From a virus: 64,000 bases of DNA. The stretch spans positions 1 to 64,000 of IMG/VR virus record IMGVR_UViG_3300018080_006015; one strand, 5' to 3'. The notes beneath the pieces are model-generated. The model was given only the letters and a program-made list of their open reading frames with translations, was not told the origin of the DNA and searched no databases. Both the position numbers and the translations under genes were made by a program. Positions within the stretch are counted from its first letter, which is position 1; the number at the start of each line of letters is the position of its first letter. Shown piece after piece: positions 48,861 to 58,522 of the stretch.

Positions 48861-49466
48861 ATGATTGATTTGAACGAACAAAGGCGAGAGGCTATTCGCT
48901 TTCTTTCTAAACCCTGGCAAAGATTTTTTAATAGATTCGAAGAGATAGAATCATTAAAAGTTTCTCAGTGGAAACCAATTCATTTGTTGGGATATTTTGA
49001 TAAGAGATATCGTGAACATTATAATAAAAATTTTGCATATAGTTGTAAAAAGGCACCAATGAAATGTACTGAGATAGTTTTAATTAAAAAGATGTGTGCT
49101 ATGTTGGCTACCACGAATATGAGAACTGTCAAAGATTATATTGATTGGGTTTTTGATTGTAAAATTATTCCGCAAAAAATGAAAATAAGAACTTTAGCTT
49201 TTTTTGGTACTCCAGGGTTGGGGAATGAATTCTATGAATATAAATCTGAGCATGATAAAATAAAGCGTACGACAGATTTACCAAAAAAGTTTAAAGACAT
49301 AGGTAATAAATTGGGTTTTCCAATTAATACTTTTGGTGATTTGGCGTTTGCAAAAATGGCACTTGATAAGTATGATAATGATGAGATTCGTGCTCCATAT
49401 AAGGCGCTTTTTGACCAATTGTATTCGGTTGGATTTGAGTTTGAGATGATAAAGGACTTAAAATGA
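48861..49466 (+). CDS. Hypothetical protein (possible replication initiator/organiser)
   Basis: GGAGA SD before ATG 48861; sits among replication genes upstream of the loader. Function is inferred from context only. Confidence 0.55.
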   Translation: MIDLNEQRREAIRFLSKPWQRFFNRFEEIESLKVSQWKPIHLLGYFDKRYREHYNKNFAYSCKKAPMKCTEIVLIKKMCAMLATTNMRTVKDYIDWVFDCKIIPQKMKIRTLAFFGTPGLGNEFYEYKSEHDKIKRTTDLPKKFKDIGNKLGFPINTFGDLAFAKMALDKYDNDEIRAPYKALFDQLYSVGFEFEMIKDLK

Positions 49467-49741
49467 TCGATCCTAAGCTGTTTGATGATGATATAGATAT
49501 GTGGGACCAATTTGATTTTGATGACGATGATATAGACATATTAGATAGATTGTTTGAAGAAATGATCGATGAAGATGAAGATGATTCAAATACATCATCA
49601 TCGGCTAGAAAAAAAGTTATACCAAAAGGAAAGTTTAAAGATGGTATGATTTGCGCTAAATGCAAAGAATATTACCCATATGCAGTGCCGAATCAGAATG
49701 ATGGGTCAATGGTATGTTATAAGTGTAGGAATAACCTATGA
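49463..49741 (+). CDS. Small acidic protein with C-terminal CxxC...CxxC zinc finger
   Basis: Asp-rich N-half; CAKC...CYKC. Confidence 0.7.
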   Translation: MIDPKLFDDDIDMWDQFDFDDDDIDILDRLFEEMIDEDEDDSNTSSSARKKVIPKGKFKDGMICAKCKEYYPYAVPNQNDGSMVCYKCRNNL

Positions 49742-50127
49742 ATTCTATTATAGGAAAAAAGGCTAGAATAACATTTCAAAATGGAACTACAGCAGAGGGT
49801 GTTATTATTGATTGGTCGGATGAACAGTCAATATTGAAGTCCGAAGGTGGCGAAGATTTGTTGATAATAAATAATACACGAAATAATGTTGTGTTTATTC
49901 ATGTGTTCTTTGATAGTCATAATGTGTTTGGCGTCGATGGGGTTATAGAGCCAGATCCTCCTGTATTAGATCATAATGAAACAAATTGGTCCAAACGCAC
50001 CAATAAATTATCTCAAGCAAAAGCTAGGCAAGTACAAGATCTTAAAAGACAGGTGGCCATGCATTTAAAGCGTGGTCCTAGGGCAATAACGGGTAATAAT
50101 TATGTCTTTCCGAATTTCCAGAAGTGA
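49738..50127 (+). CDS. Hypothetical protein, N-terminal Sm/Hfq-like pattern
   Basis: IGKKARITFQNGTTAEGVIIDWSD resembles the Sm1 motif. Confidence 0.45.
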   Translation: MNSIIGKKARITFQNGTTAEGVIIDWSDEQSILKSEGGEDLLIINNTRNNVVFIHVFFDSHNVFGVDGVIEPDPPVLDHNETNWSKRTNKLSQAKARQVQDLKRQVAMHLKRGPRAITGNNYVFPNFQK

Positions 50128-50833
50128 TTCATTAATAACTATTCCTCAAAGAAAAGTCGTTGAAGCTCTTGGCAACACATTAAAAGATTGTCCAACATGT
50201 AGTGAGGCCAACGCGCAGCTCGATACGGCTTGTGAAAAATGTAGATTTATCAATACTGCTTTGCAACGATATGCCGCGAGTAATATTCCTATTAGATATT
50301 GGTCTTTAGATATGAACCGAGATTTTAAGGGTAACAAGGCATTATTAGATAAATACAATGAAATTGTTGATGATTTGGAGGGGGCATATAGTCGCGGAAT
50401 TTGTTTGTGTTTTGCAGGCTCACATGGGGTTGGAAAAACACTAATAACAACTAACATTTTAAAAAGAGCGTGCGAAAAAGGTTATAATTGCTTGTATGTT
50501 ACTCTTACAGATATTGTTGAAACAGCAATAGCTAGCCAGTATTCAGATAAAAACATTATTCGCAGAGAATTATTAATGGTTGATTTTTTGGTAATTGATG
50601 AGTTTGATCCTCGATATATGGCAACTGATTCTGCGTCTGATTTGTTTGGAAGAACTTTAGAAAATATATTTCGCACAAGATCACAGAATTGTTTGCCTGT
50701 TTTTATGTGTACAAATTCTCCAAATGTTATTGATTCTTTTGTGGGTTCGATTAAGCTTAGTATTGAGAGTTTGATGAATTATGTGGACATCGTTCCTGTG
50801 GTTGGTTCGGATTTTAGAAAGCATATGAAGTAA
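50102..50833 (+). CDS. DnaC/IstB-like AAA+ helicase loader
   Basis: N-terminal CPTC..CEKC, Walker A GSHGVGKT, Walker B LVIDEF, TN, VG.DFR; directly upstream of DnaB. Confidence 0.88.
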   Translation: MSFRISRSDSLITIPQRKVVEALGNTLKDCPTCSEANAQLDTACEKCRFINTALQRYAASNIPIRYWSLDMNRDFKGNKALLDKYNEIVDDLEGAYSRGICLCFAGSHGVGKTLITTNILKRACEKGYNCLYVTLTDIVETAIASQYSDKNIIRRELLMVDFLVIDEFDPRYMATDSASDLFGRTLENIFRTRSQNCLPVFMCTNSPNVIDSFVGSIKLSIESLMNYVDIVPVVGSDFRKHMK

Positions 50834-50844
50834 GTATGGTGTAA

Positions 50845-52380
50845 ATGATGACTGATATGCATGATATTGCTAGTTTTGATGTTGAAGCTTCAGAAGATGA
50901 TGATATTCGCGTAGAAAGGCAGGATCTTAGACTGCTAAAAGCAATTGTTACAGATAAAACGGTAGCTAGAGAGTTCGTCAGTACATTTGATTATACTTTA
51001 TTTATGTATGATGCCAAGCCATTTGCTAAGTTGGCTATGGATCATATAAAAGCATATAAATCGCCACCAACTAGACGTACAATGCTAGAGTCTGCCTCGG
51101 GCCCTAATGAGCTAAAGGAAAAATTAAATCTTATTTGGGATCAATTAGATGAGGCTGAGTTTAATAGAGATGAATTCGAATATGATCTTGAAAAAGTAAA
51201 ATCTAGATATACAAAAACAGAAATATTAAGCCTTAAAGATAGTTTAGATAATTTTGATTTTGATAACGCCAATCATGAGCGCATTATCAGACAAATACGC
51301 AATAAAGTAGACCTGGCAGATACTGTAAGGCGGGGTCAAAGGCAAGTATATGTTCAAAAAACTATGAAGGATTATATGCCCGAGTTTTTTGAAGAATATA
51401 AGAGAAAGGCTGAGGATCCTGACATTGATGCGGGTATTAATACTGGTTATTCATATTTAGACTATGCTACTGGTGGTTTGCGAAACGCTCAAATGTTGAT
51501 AATTGCAGCAGAATCAAGCGCTGGAAAATCAATGTTACTGAATAATATGGCTATTCAGATTTGGATGCAGAAAAACACCGTATATACAAACAAAGAACAT
51601 TTTGGTAAGGGCTATAATATATTGTATTTTTCTTTAGAGATGCCATTCAAAGCCTGTGTAAGAAGATCTATTGCTAGATTGTCTGAACTTCCGATTTATG
51701 GCATTAGAGATTGTAATATTAAATCAGAATATATTAAAAACTTAAATCGCGCAGTTAATTTTATTAATCAATATCCGTATCATTTTGAGGTTGTTGATAT
51801 TCCTCGCGGTGTTACTGTTGAGCAAATTGAGGCGCGATATGACGAAGCTGTTTCCAATGGTCGTAAGCCTGATGTTGTGGTTGTAGATTATTTGGGATTA
51901 ATGGAGTGTAATGATATAGATGGCGATGATTGGCTTAGATTAGGATATATTTCTGCAAAGTTACATGAATTTGCTCGTGCTTATGATACAATTGTTTTAA
52001 CGGCGGTGCAGCTAAATAGACCCGGAAAAACAATTAAAGACTCTGCCGATCTTATTGGTATGCATAGAATTGGGCGCTCCTCATTAATTATTCATCATGC
52101 GGATATTGGTATACAGATTGAATCGAGAAAAGGTGAAAAAAACTTTCCAGACATGGTGTATCATATTATTAAAAATAGAGACGGTGAGCTTGGAAAACAT
52201 GTATTAAGTAAAAAGTTTTATATGGCTACTATTAAAGATATGGATGAGCCGTATAAACCACCAGAAGGCGATGGTATAGGCTCTTTTATTACAGCTAATG
52301 CCGAAGAAGATATTTCTACGGCACTTCAAAAATATGATTGGTATGGTAAAAAAGAGGATGACGATGGATCCGAAAAATAA
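50845..52380 (+). CDS. dnaB: Replicative DNA helicase, DnaB-like
   Basis: TGYSYLD..TGGL, AAESSAGKS, FSLEM, VVDYLGL, QLNR, KNRDG. Confidence 0.92.
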   Translation: MMTDMHDIASFDVEASEDDDIRVERQDLRLLKAIVTDKTVAREFVSTFDYTLFMYDAKPFAKLAMDHIKAYKSPPTRRTMLESASGPNELKEKLNLIWDQLDEAEFNRDEFEYDLEKVKSRYTKTEILSLKDSLDNFDFDNANHERIIRQIRNKVDLADTVRRGQRQVYVQKTMKDYMPEFFEEYKRKAEDPDIDAGINTGYSYLDYATGGLRNAQMLIIAAESSAGKSMLLNNMAIQIWMQKNTVYTNKEHFGKGYNILYFSLEMPFKACVRRSIARLSELPIYGIRDCNIKSEYIKNLNRAVNFINQYPYHFEVVDIPRGVTVEQIEARYDEAVSNGRKPDVVVVDYLGLMECNDIDGDDWLRLGYISAKLHEFARAYDTIVLTAVQLNRPGKTIKDSADLIGMHRIGRSSLIIHHADIGIQIESRKGEKNFPDMVYHIIKNRDGELGKHVLSKKFYMATIKDMDEPYKPPEGDGIGSFITANAEEDISTALQKYDWYGKKEDDDGSEK

Positions 52381-52564
52381 ATATAATGTTGTTGCGAAAG
52401 CCGTTAGAATAGAACATGTCCAACAAGAAGATCGTGTCTTTATTGTGTTTGAGGTTATTGATGAAAAATTTAAAAAACGCATAAAAGAAGATTGGACACA
52501 GGATATAGATCTAAAAGTAGTGGATAAGAAACTTGTCGAATTTACAGATGATACAGAGGAATAA
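52364..52564 (+). CDS. Small hypothetical protein
   Basis: GAGGA SD then MDPKNKY...; overlaps the dnaB end. Confidence 0.65.
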   Translation: MDPKNKYNVVAKAVRIEHVQQEDRVFIVFEVIDEKFKKRIKEDWTQDIDLKVVDKKLVEFTDDTEE

Positions 52565-52566
52565 TT

Positions 52567-52887
52567 ATGCCCACATACGAACACATATGCACACACTGTA
52601 GTTATGAGTGGGAGGAATTTTATAGCATCAAGGCAGATCCTCCTACGGTATGTCCCAAGTGCAAAACAGAGGGAAAAGTAAAGCGTTTAATTTCTGGCGG
52701 ATCTGGAAAAGGTATAGTAACATTAACTGGGCATGAGCTTAATGCTAAAATTAAGTCTGATGCAAAGAAGCTAAAAAGAGCAGCCGGTAAAAACGAAAAA
52801 ATGCTTGCAAATTTAGTAGGCGAGGAAAGATATCATCAAAATAAATTATTGCAAAGCGAAATAAAGAAAGATTTGAAAAATAAATAA
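52567..52887 (+). CDS. FmdB-family zinc ribbon protein
   Basis: MPTYEHICTHC...CPKC...VKRLIS. Confidence 0.88.
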   Translation: MPTYEHICTHCSYEWEEFYSIKADPPTVCPKCKTEGKVKRLISGGSGKGIVTLTGHELNAKIKSDAKKLKRAAGKNEKMLANLVGEERYHQNKLLQSEIKKDLKNK

Positions 52888-52888
52888 T

Positions 52889-53038
52889 ATGGCCCAGCGA
52901 ATAACCATAGATTATTTAATTAGAATTTTGAAAGTATTATTAAAAATTGATAATATTGAAATATTGAAATTAACTATAGAATCTATTATCGAGGAATTAG
53001 AAGAAAAGAAAACAAATAATGGTTATCAAGACATTTAG
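52889..53038 (+). CDS. Small hypothetical protein (49 aa, below the ORF-track cutoff)
   Basis: MAQRITIDYLIRILKVLLKIDNIEILKLTIESIIEELEEKKTNNGYQDI; starts 1 nt after the upstream stop and fills the gap. Confidence 0.55.
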   Translation: MAQRITIDYLIRILKVLLKIDNIEILKLTIESIIEELEEKKTNNGYQDI

Positions 53039-53055
53039 TTTATGAAAGGATAACT

Positions 53056-53700
53056 ATGAAATGTTTAGTCAAGGAAGAACTAGATTCTTTGTCACATGAT
53101 TATATTTGCTTTAAGAGGGTTGTTGAAAAGTTTGATTCAAAAGAATTACGCAAAGTTTTTTTAACATATCAGAAGTCTTGTATTAAGAAATTGGAATATT
53201 TGGTTTTTATGAAAACTTATAAATATAAGTCATTTCCAAATTATTTTGATTTACGGCAAGAAGCTTTTGAGGCTCTTTTGTTGGCGTTTAATACATACGA
53301 TCCTAACAAGGGATCTTTTACGTGGTGGGCAAATCAGTATATTAAAACAAGGGTGTCGAGGGCAGCCAATGCGCACTCTACTATAAGGTTTCCGCTTCAC
53401 AAAACAAAGGAAATGACACCATATAAAACCAATAAAATGCCGATCATGGTCGATAAGCGGCCAGATCCTTTGCAATTAGCCGAATCTTCTGAAGATAGCC
53501 AAAACATACAAGAGGCAATAAAATCATTACCAGAAAAACATCAGGCTGTAGTTAATATGACGTTTGGTTGTAATAATGTTAGACAACAATCGATTAACAA
53601 TATACTTGGAATATTAGATTTGACAAGATCTCAATACATAAAAATATTAAAAGAATCAAAATATAAAATAAAAGAACACATTTTACACTTAGAGAGATAG
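53056..53700 (+). CDS. Sigma-70 family RNA polymerase sigma factor
   Basis: Region 2 DLRQEA...L..A..TYDP.KG.FT.WA..YI...TIRFP; region 4 AI.SLPEK...V....FG. Confidence 0.85.
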   Translation: MKCLVKEELDSLSHDYICFKRVVEKFDSKELRKVFLTYQKSCIKKLEYLVFMKTYKYKSFPNYFDLRQEAFEALLLAFNTYDPNKGSFTWWANQYIKTRVSRAANAHSTIRFPLHKTKEMTPYKTNKMPIMVDKRPDPLQLAESSEDSQNIQEAIKSLPEKHQAVVNMTFGCNNVRQQSINNILGILDLTRSQYIKILKESKYKIKEHILHLER

Positions 53701-53712
53701 ATAAGCTTAAGG

Positions 53713-56700
53713 ATGATAAGAATGGGAGATAAGACATATACGTACGACGAAGCTATGGCGCGTTCTACAGAATATTTTCATGGCGACTCTTTTGTTGCCA
53801 GTGTATTTGTTGATAAATATGCGCTAAAAGATAGTTATGATAATATTTATGAAATAAGTCCTGTTGATATGCATAAAAGACTCGCCACGGAGTTTGCAAG
53901 AATAGATTCGGATAAATACGGGTTAGATTTTAATGAAAGATATGAGGTATATTTTTCTGCATTAGATAAATTCGCGAGAATTGTTCCAAGTGGTGGTGTA
54001 ATGTCTGCCGTTGGTAATAATTTTCAGTATATGTCTGCTTCCAATTGCGTTGTTGTTGAGCCTCCTAAGGACAGTATTGGTGGAATTTTTGATACTGCCA
54101 AAGCGCTTGCGCAATTATATAAGAGACGTGCAGGGGTCGGAACTGATTTATCTACACTAAGACCTGAAAAAGCTGCAGTAACTAATGCTGCTAAAACGTC
54201 TAGTGGTGCATGGTCTTTTGCTGATTTGTATTCAAGTGTTACTGGAATGATCTGCCAGTCAGGTCGCAGAGGAGCGCTTCTATTATCATTAGATGTTCAT
54301 CATCCTGATGTTTTACAATTTGCACGTATGAAATCTGATCGAACCAAAGTTACAAATGCTAATGTTTCTGTGCGTTTAAGTAATGAGTTTTTAAATGCTG
54401 TAGAAAAAAACATCGAATACGAACAACGCTGGCCGTGCGATGGAAAACCAAAAATATCTAAAATGGTAGATGCAAGAACAGTGTGGAAAGAAATTGCCAC
54501 GAGGGCAGCAGAAGATGGCGATCCTGGAATAATGTTTTGGGATAATGTCTGTGATTATCTACCAGCTCACTGTTATGAACAATTTCGCACAGTTAGCAGC
54601 AATCCCTGTGGTGAAATTAATTTAAGCAGTTATGATTCTTGTCGCTTAATATCAATTAATTTAACAGCTTATGTTAAAAATCCGTTTAAAGATAATGCAT
54701 CATTTGATTTTAAATCATTTTCCGAGGATGTAAAAATCGGAATGCAAATGATTGATAATTTGATTGATCTTGAGTTGGAATTAATTGATCGTATAAAAAC
54801 TATTTGTGACGAAGGGTTTGAAACCGAAATTTGGAATAAGCTTCAAAAATCTGGAGAATTGGGTCGTAGAACAGGCCTAGGAACTCATGGCTTGGCAGAT
54901 GCGCTGGTTCAACTTGGTATTAAATATGACTCAGATGAAGCTTTAAATGCTGTAGATAAAATTTATAAGGCATTAAGAGATAACGCATATCAGATGTCTG
55001 TAGATTTGGCAAAAGTTCGTGGTCCGTTTCCTATTTTTGACTGGGAAAAAGAAAAAAATAACAAATTTATTAAACGATTACCCAGGAAAATTCTTAAGGA
55101 TATGGAAAAATATGGTAGAAGAAATATTTCTTTATTGACGCAGGCGCCTACTGGATCTGTTGCTATAGTTAGTAAGCTTGGCGGATTTGATGCATATAAT
55201 ATTTCATCAGGAATTGAGCCAATATTTCAGATTTCCTATATAAGAAAACGAAAAGTAGATGCTACCAGTGATAATATTGATCATTATGATGAGCAGGGTA
55301 ATGCGTGGAAAAAATATAAAGTATTTCACTCTAATGCAAAGTGTTATTTGGACATGTTTGGTATAAAAGATGATGCTTTACCAGATTATTTTGTAACATC
55401 AGATAATATTGATTGGAAAAAACGTGTAGAAATTCAAGGTGTAGAACAAAAATACATTTGTCATAGTATTAGTTCATGTCTATCCGTTGGTAATCATTTG
55501 GTACATACATCGGATGGTCTATCTTATATAGAAGATATTGTAGGGAAAAGATCAGAGAAGGGGTTTTATAATTTAGCTGAAAGCACAAATACTATTAATC
55601 ACGAAAACCAGCAGGCTAATATTTCTGAGGGCTTTTATAATGGCAAAAGTTATTGTTATCAGATTTCTTTTACTGGTGGCAGGAAAATTATAGGAACTCC
55701 AAATCATAAATTACTTATATTAGGAAATAATCTTGGGACTTTTCGATGGGCTCAGTTGGAGGATATAAAGCCTGGCGATTTTGTAGTTGGAAGAATTGGC
55801 CTGGGTTGTTTTGGGAATAGTCAAAAACATTTTTCTACTACATTGGGGAATTTCAAATCTAGTATTTCTGGAGGAAATACAAAAAAGGTTAAATTACCCA
55901 ATAGAATGAGTAAAAAATTAGCTAGGTTACTTGGGTATTTGACTTCTGACGGATCTGTATCTGATAATGGTATTCGGTTATCACAGTTGCGTAATAATGT
56001 GGTGGATGATTTTATAAATATCATAAAAGATATATTTGGTATTGAATGTTATGTGTGTCCAGACAATCGTGTGGAAGGATTGGTTTCTGTTCAGGTTAAT
56101 AGTCGTATTGTTCGTGATTTTGTGCGTTACTTAGGAATAAACGGTAAAGCTCATGAAAAAACTGTTCCCAGATCTATTTTTAAATGCGCTGGTAGACAGC
56201 AAACAGCTGAATTTATTAAGGGATTAACGTTGGATGGATTTGTGTCATGTAAAAAATTAGGTATAATGACATCTTCTAGTAAGCAGTTGTGTGCGGAGAT
56301 TCAAATTATTTTAGATCAGTTTGGAATTGATTCTGGTATTGTCAAGGTAAATAAAGAAGGAACAATAAGAGAGTTTCCCGGTGGTAATAAATATGCTACA
56401 AAGGATGCGTGGACTGTTTATTGTGGCATGAATGAATCTCAAAAATTTATAGAAAAGATAGGCTTTGCTGAAGACCGAAAAATAGATGAGGCGACAAAAA
56501 AACTTAGAGGACCATCTAGGAAATCTTTGGTAGGTCATATTCCTGATTTGAATGTTAGAAATGTATTTAGAAAGAATATTCTTCCGTCAATAAAATCAAA
56601 CAAATTGTATGAAATGTTTTATTCAATGACATGTTATAATAAACAAGGTATGGATATTACAAGAGATACATTGTTAATGTTATGTGATATGGGTTTAGAT

Positions 56701-57525
56701 GTGTCAAAATATAAATCTGAAATATTTGATGAGACTTTTGTTTTTAGAAAAGTTGTTAGCTCTGATTTTGTGTGGGAAAAAGATACGTATGATTTATCAG
56801 TTGAACATGGCCGCTCTTATGTTGTTAATAATTTTGTATCTCATAATACAATAAATTTGCCGAGAAACACAAAACCACAGGTAATTGCTGATATTTATTG
56901 GTATGCGTGGAAAAATAATTTAAAAGGAATTACCGTGTATGTAGAGGGAACAAAAGATGGTGTTCTTGTTCCAGATGTTGATGAATGTGGAAGGCCATTG
57001 AAGATTATTCCCTCAAATGCTCCTAAAAGGCCCAAAGAGTTAAATTGTGAAATTCATTACGCAACAATTAAGGGAACAAAATGGGCAATTTTGATAGGAT
57101 TACTGCATAATTACCCATATGAGATGTTCATGGGGAAAGCGGAAAAATTCGATATTCCCAATAAATTCAAGGAAGCAAAAATTGTAAAAATTAAAAAGGG
57201 AGTATATAATTTATTAACAAATAGCAATGAATTGTTGGTAGGTGATATAGTTAAAACATCTGACAATGATGATGGAGCATGGACATCTAGAGTTATGTCC
57301 ATGGCATTAAGACATGGTATTCCTGTTGATTATTTGGCAGATCAATTATCAAAGGATGGTAGTGTTGTAGATATAAATAATGTATTAGCCAGGCTTTTAA
57401 GAAGATATATAAAGGTAAGAGATAAGAGTCGCCAGGAAACATGTCCGCAATGTGGTAGTCCTGAACTTATTTATTCCGAAGGTTGTAAAAAGTGTGGTGG
57501 TTGTGGTTGGACAGGATGTGGCTAA
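53713..57525 (+). CDS. nrdJ: Class II (adenosylcobalamin-dependent) ribonucleotide reductase with intein
   Basis: SNC, GVGTDLS.LRP, GRRGA, NPCGEI, RRTGLG, APTGS, SGIEP, KGITVY; C-terminal CPQCG..EGC..C..CG Zn ribbon; no beta-subunit gene adjacent. Confidence 0.9.
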   Translation: MIRMGDKTYTYDEAMARSTEYFHGDSFVASVFVDKYALKDSYDNIYEISPVDMHKRLATEFARIDSDKYGLDFNERYEVYFSALDKFARIVPSGGVMSAVGNNFQYMSASNCVVVEPPKDSIGGIFDTAKALAQLYKRRAGVGTDLSTLRPEKAAVTNAAKTSSGAWSFADLYSSVTGMICQSGRRGALLLSLDVHHPDVLQFARMKSDRTKVTNANVSVRLSNEFLNAVEKNIEYEQRWPCDGKPKISKMVDARTVWKEIATRAAEDGDPGIMFWDNVCDYLPAHCYEQFRTVSSNPCGEINLSSYDSCRLISINLTAYVKNPFKDNASFDFKSFSEDVKIGMQMIDNLIDLELELIDRIKTICDEGFETEIWNKLQKSGELGRRTGLGTHGLADALVQLGIKYDSDEALNAVDKIYKALRDNAYQMSVDLAKVRGPFPIFDWEKEKNNKFIKRLPRKILKDMEKYGRRNISLLTQAPTGSVAIVSKLGGFDAYNISSGIEPIFQISYIRKRKVDATSDNIDHYDEQGNAWKKYKVFHSNAKCYLDMFGIKDDALPDYFVTSDNIDWKKRVEIQGVEQKYICHSISSCLSVGNHLVHTSDGLSYIEDIVGKRSEKGFYNLAESTNTINHENQQANISEGFYNGKSYCYQISFTGGRKIIGTPNHKLLILGNNLGTFRWAQLEDIKPGDFVVGRIGLGCFGNSQKHFSTTLGNFKSSISGGNTKKVKLPNRMSKKLARLLGYLTSDGSVSDNGIRLSQLRNNVVDDFINIIKDIFGIECYVCPDNRVEGLVSVQVNSRIVRDFVRYLGINGKAHEKTVPRSIFKCAGRQQTAEFIKGLTLDGFVSCKKLGIMTSSSKQLCAEIQIILDQFGIDSGIVKVNKEGTIREFPGGNKYATKDAWTVYCGMNESQKFIEKIGFAEDRKIDEATKKLRGPSRKSLVGHIPDLNVRNVFRKNILPSIKSNKLYEMFYSMTCYNKQGMDITRDTLLMLCDMGLDVSKYKSEIFDETFVFRKVVSSDFVWEKDTYDLSVEHGRSYVVNNFVSHNTINLPRNTKPQVIADIYWYAWKNNLKGITVYVEGTKDGVLVPDVDECGRPLKIIPSNAPKRPKELNCEIHYATIKGTKWAILIGLLHNYPYEMFMGKAEKFDIPNKFKEAKIVKIKKGVYNLLTNSNELLVGDIVKTSDNDDGAWTSRVMSMALRHGIPVDYLADQLSKDGSVVDINNVLARLLRRYIKVRDKSRQETCPQCGSPELIYSEGCKKCGGCGWTGCG
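55477..56847 (+). mobile_element. Intein (457 aa) with LAGLIDADG endonuclease in nrdJ
   Basis: Starts CLSVG after HSISS and ends YVVNNFVSHN before TINLP; TPNHKL block B; LLGYLTSDG and FIKGLTLDG motifs. Confidence 0.92.
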
Positions 57526-57555
57526 TTTTTTTGTTAAATAAATAAAAAAAAGTTA

Positions 57556-57930
57556 ATGAAGAGTGTTATATTAGCTAACAGGGATACATGTCGTATTGTC
57601 GAAGAGGAGGCAAAATACGAATTTACCATACATATTTTAGAAAGTATGGGTATCCCTGAGGACGTGTTGGAAGAATGTTTTCCAGAAGGTGGTTTTAATG
57701 ATTTTTCTGTAAATCATAAAATTAAACTTAGAGATATATTAAGAAAATTTGATATAACTATATTGGGAAATGGTGATGGGGGATTTAAGATATACGTTGA
57801 TAAAGAGGTTGTGGCTGAATGGAAAAAAAGTATTTATTATCTAAAAAAAGATATGTCAAAACTTAAACCATCAGACCAATTGTATGTAGAAGTCCATGTC
57901 GAATATTGGACTATTTTTGAGGAGGAATAA
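57556..57930 (+). CDS. Hypothetical protein
   Basis: 124-aa ORF in a tiling arrangement. Confidence 0.7.
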   Translation: MKSVILANRDTCRIVEEEAKYEFTIHILESMGIPEDVLEECFPEGGFNDFSVNHKIKLRDILRKFDITILGNGDGGFKIYVDKEVVAEWKKSIYYLKKDMSKLKPSDQLYVEVHVEYWTIFEEE

Positions 57931-57931
57931 T

Positions 57932-58237
57932 ATGGATAAAGATAATGTAACCGAAGAAACAAAAACAGAAGAGACCGAAACAGAAGCGGTTGTTGAAGAA
58001 AAAGCACGATTTGTGTCTAGCGAAGACCTTGAAAAGATTCGTAATGCTAGAGCAAATCTTGGATTTATGACAATGCAGCTTGAAAAGGTAACTACCGATA
58101 AGCGTAGCGCTGAATTGGTATACGAGAACCTTATGCTTCGTGTTTATATGAAGTATGGTCTTGGAGAGATGCATTTTGTGAATGAGGAAACTGGTGAAAT
58201 TCAGGTGCGTAAAGTAGTAGAGGATCAAACGGGATAA
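57932..58237 (+). CDS. Hypothetical acidic coiled-coil protein
   Basis: GGAGGA SD before ATG 57932 (MDKDNV). Confidence 0.7.
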   Translation: MDKDNVTEETKTEETETEAVVEEKARFVSSEDLEKIRNARANLGFMTMQLEKVTTDKRSAELVYENLMLRVYMKYGLGEMHFVNEETGEIQVRKVVEDQTG

Positions 58238-58243
58238 TCAATT

Positions 58244-58522
58244 ATGAAGCACACTATAAATGATTTGGCTGATATGGTAGTAGTACGTAATCATTTGCAA
58301 TTATTGGCAAATGGGCCTCGTGGTGGTCCCGTAAGTAGAGATGAAGAAAAGGCTATTCGGGAATTTATAGAAAAACTAGATCGCAATATAATTAATTGCG
58401 CACTTAGTGATAAGTGTCTTTGTGGCGGATCTGGTTGTTGTAAAAAGTCAGCAAAAAAGAAAACAACAAAGAAAACGACTACAAAAGTTGTTAGGAAAAG
58501 CCAAGATAACGCCGATGAATAA
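58244..58522 (+). CDS. Hypothetical protein with Cys cluster and Lys/Thr-rich tail
   Basis: 92 aa; CLCGGSGCC then KKSAKKKTTKKTTTK. Confidence 0.65.
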   Translation: MKHTINDLADMVVVRNHLQLLANGPRGGPVSRDEEKAIREFIEKLDRNIINCALSDKCLCGGSGCCKKSAKKKTTKKTTTKVVRKSQDNADE

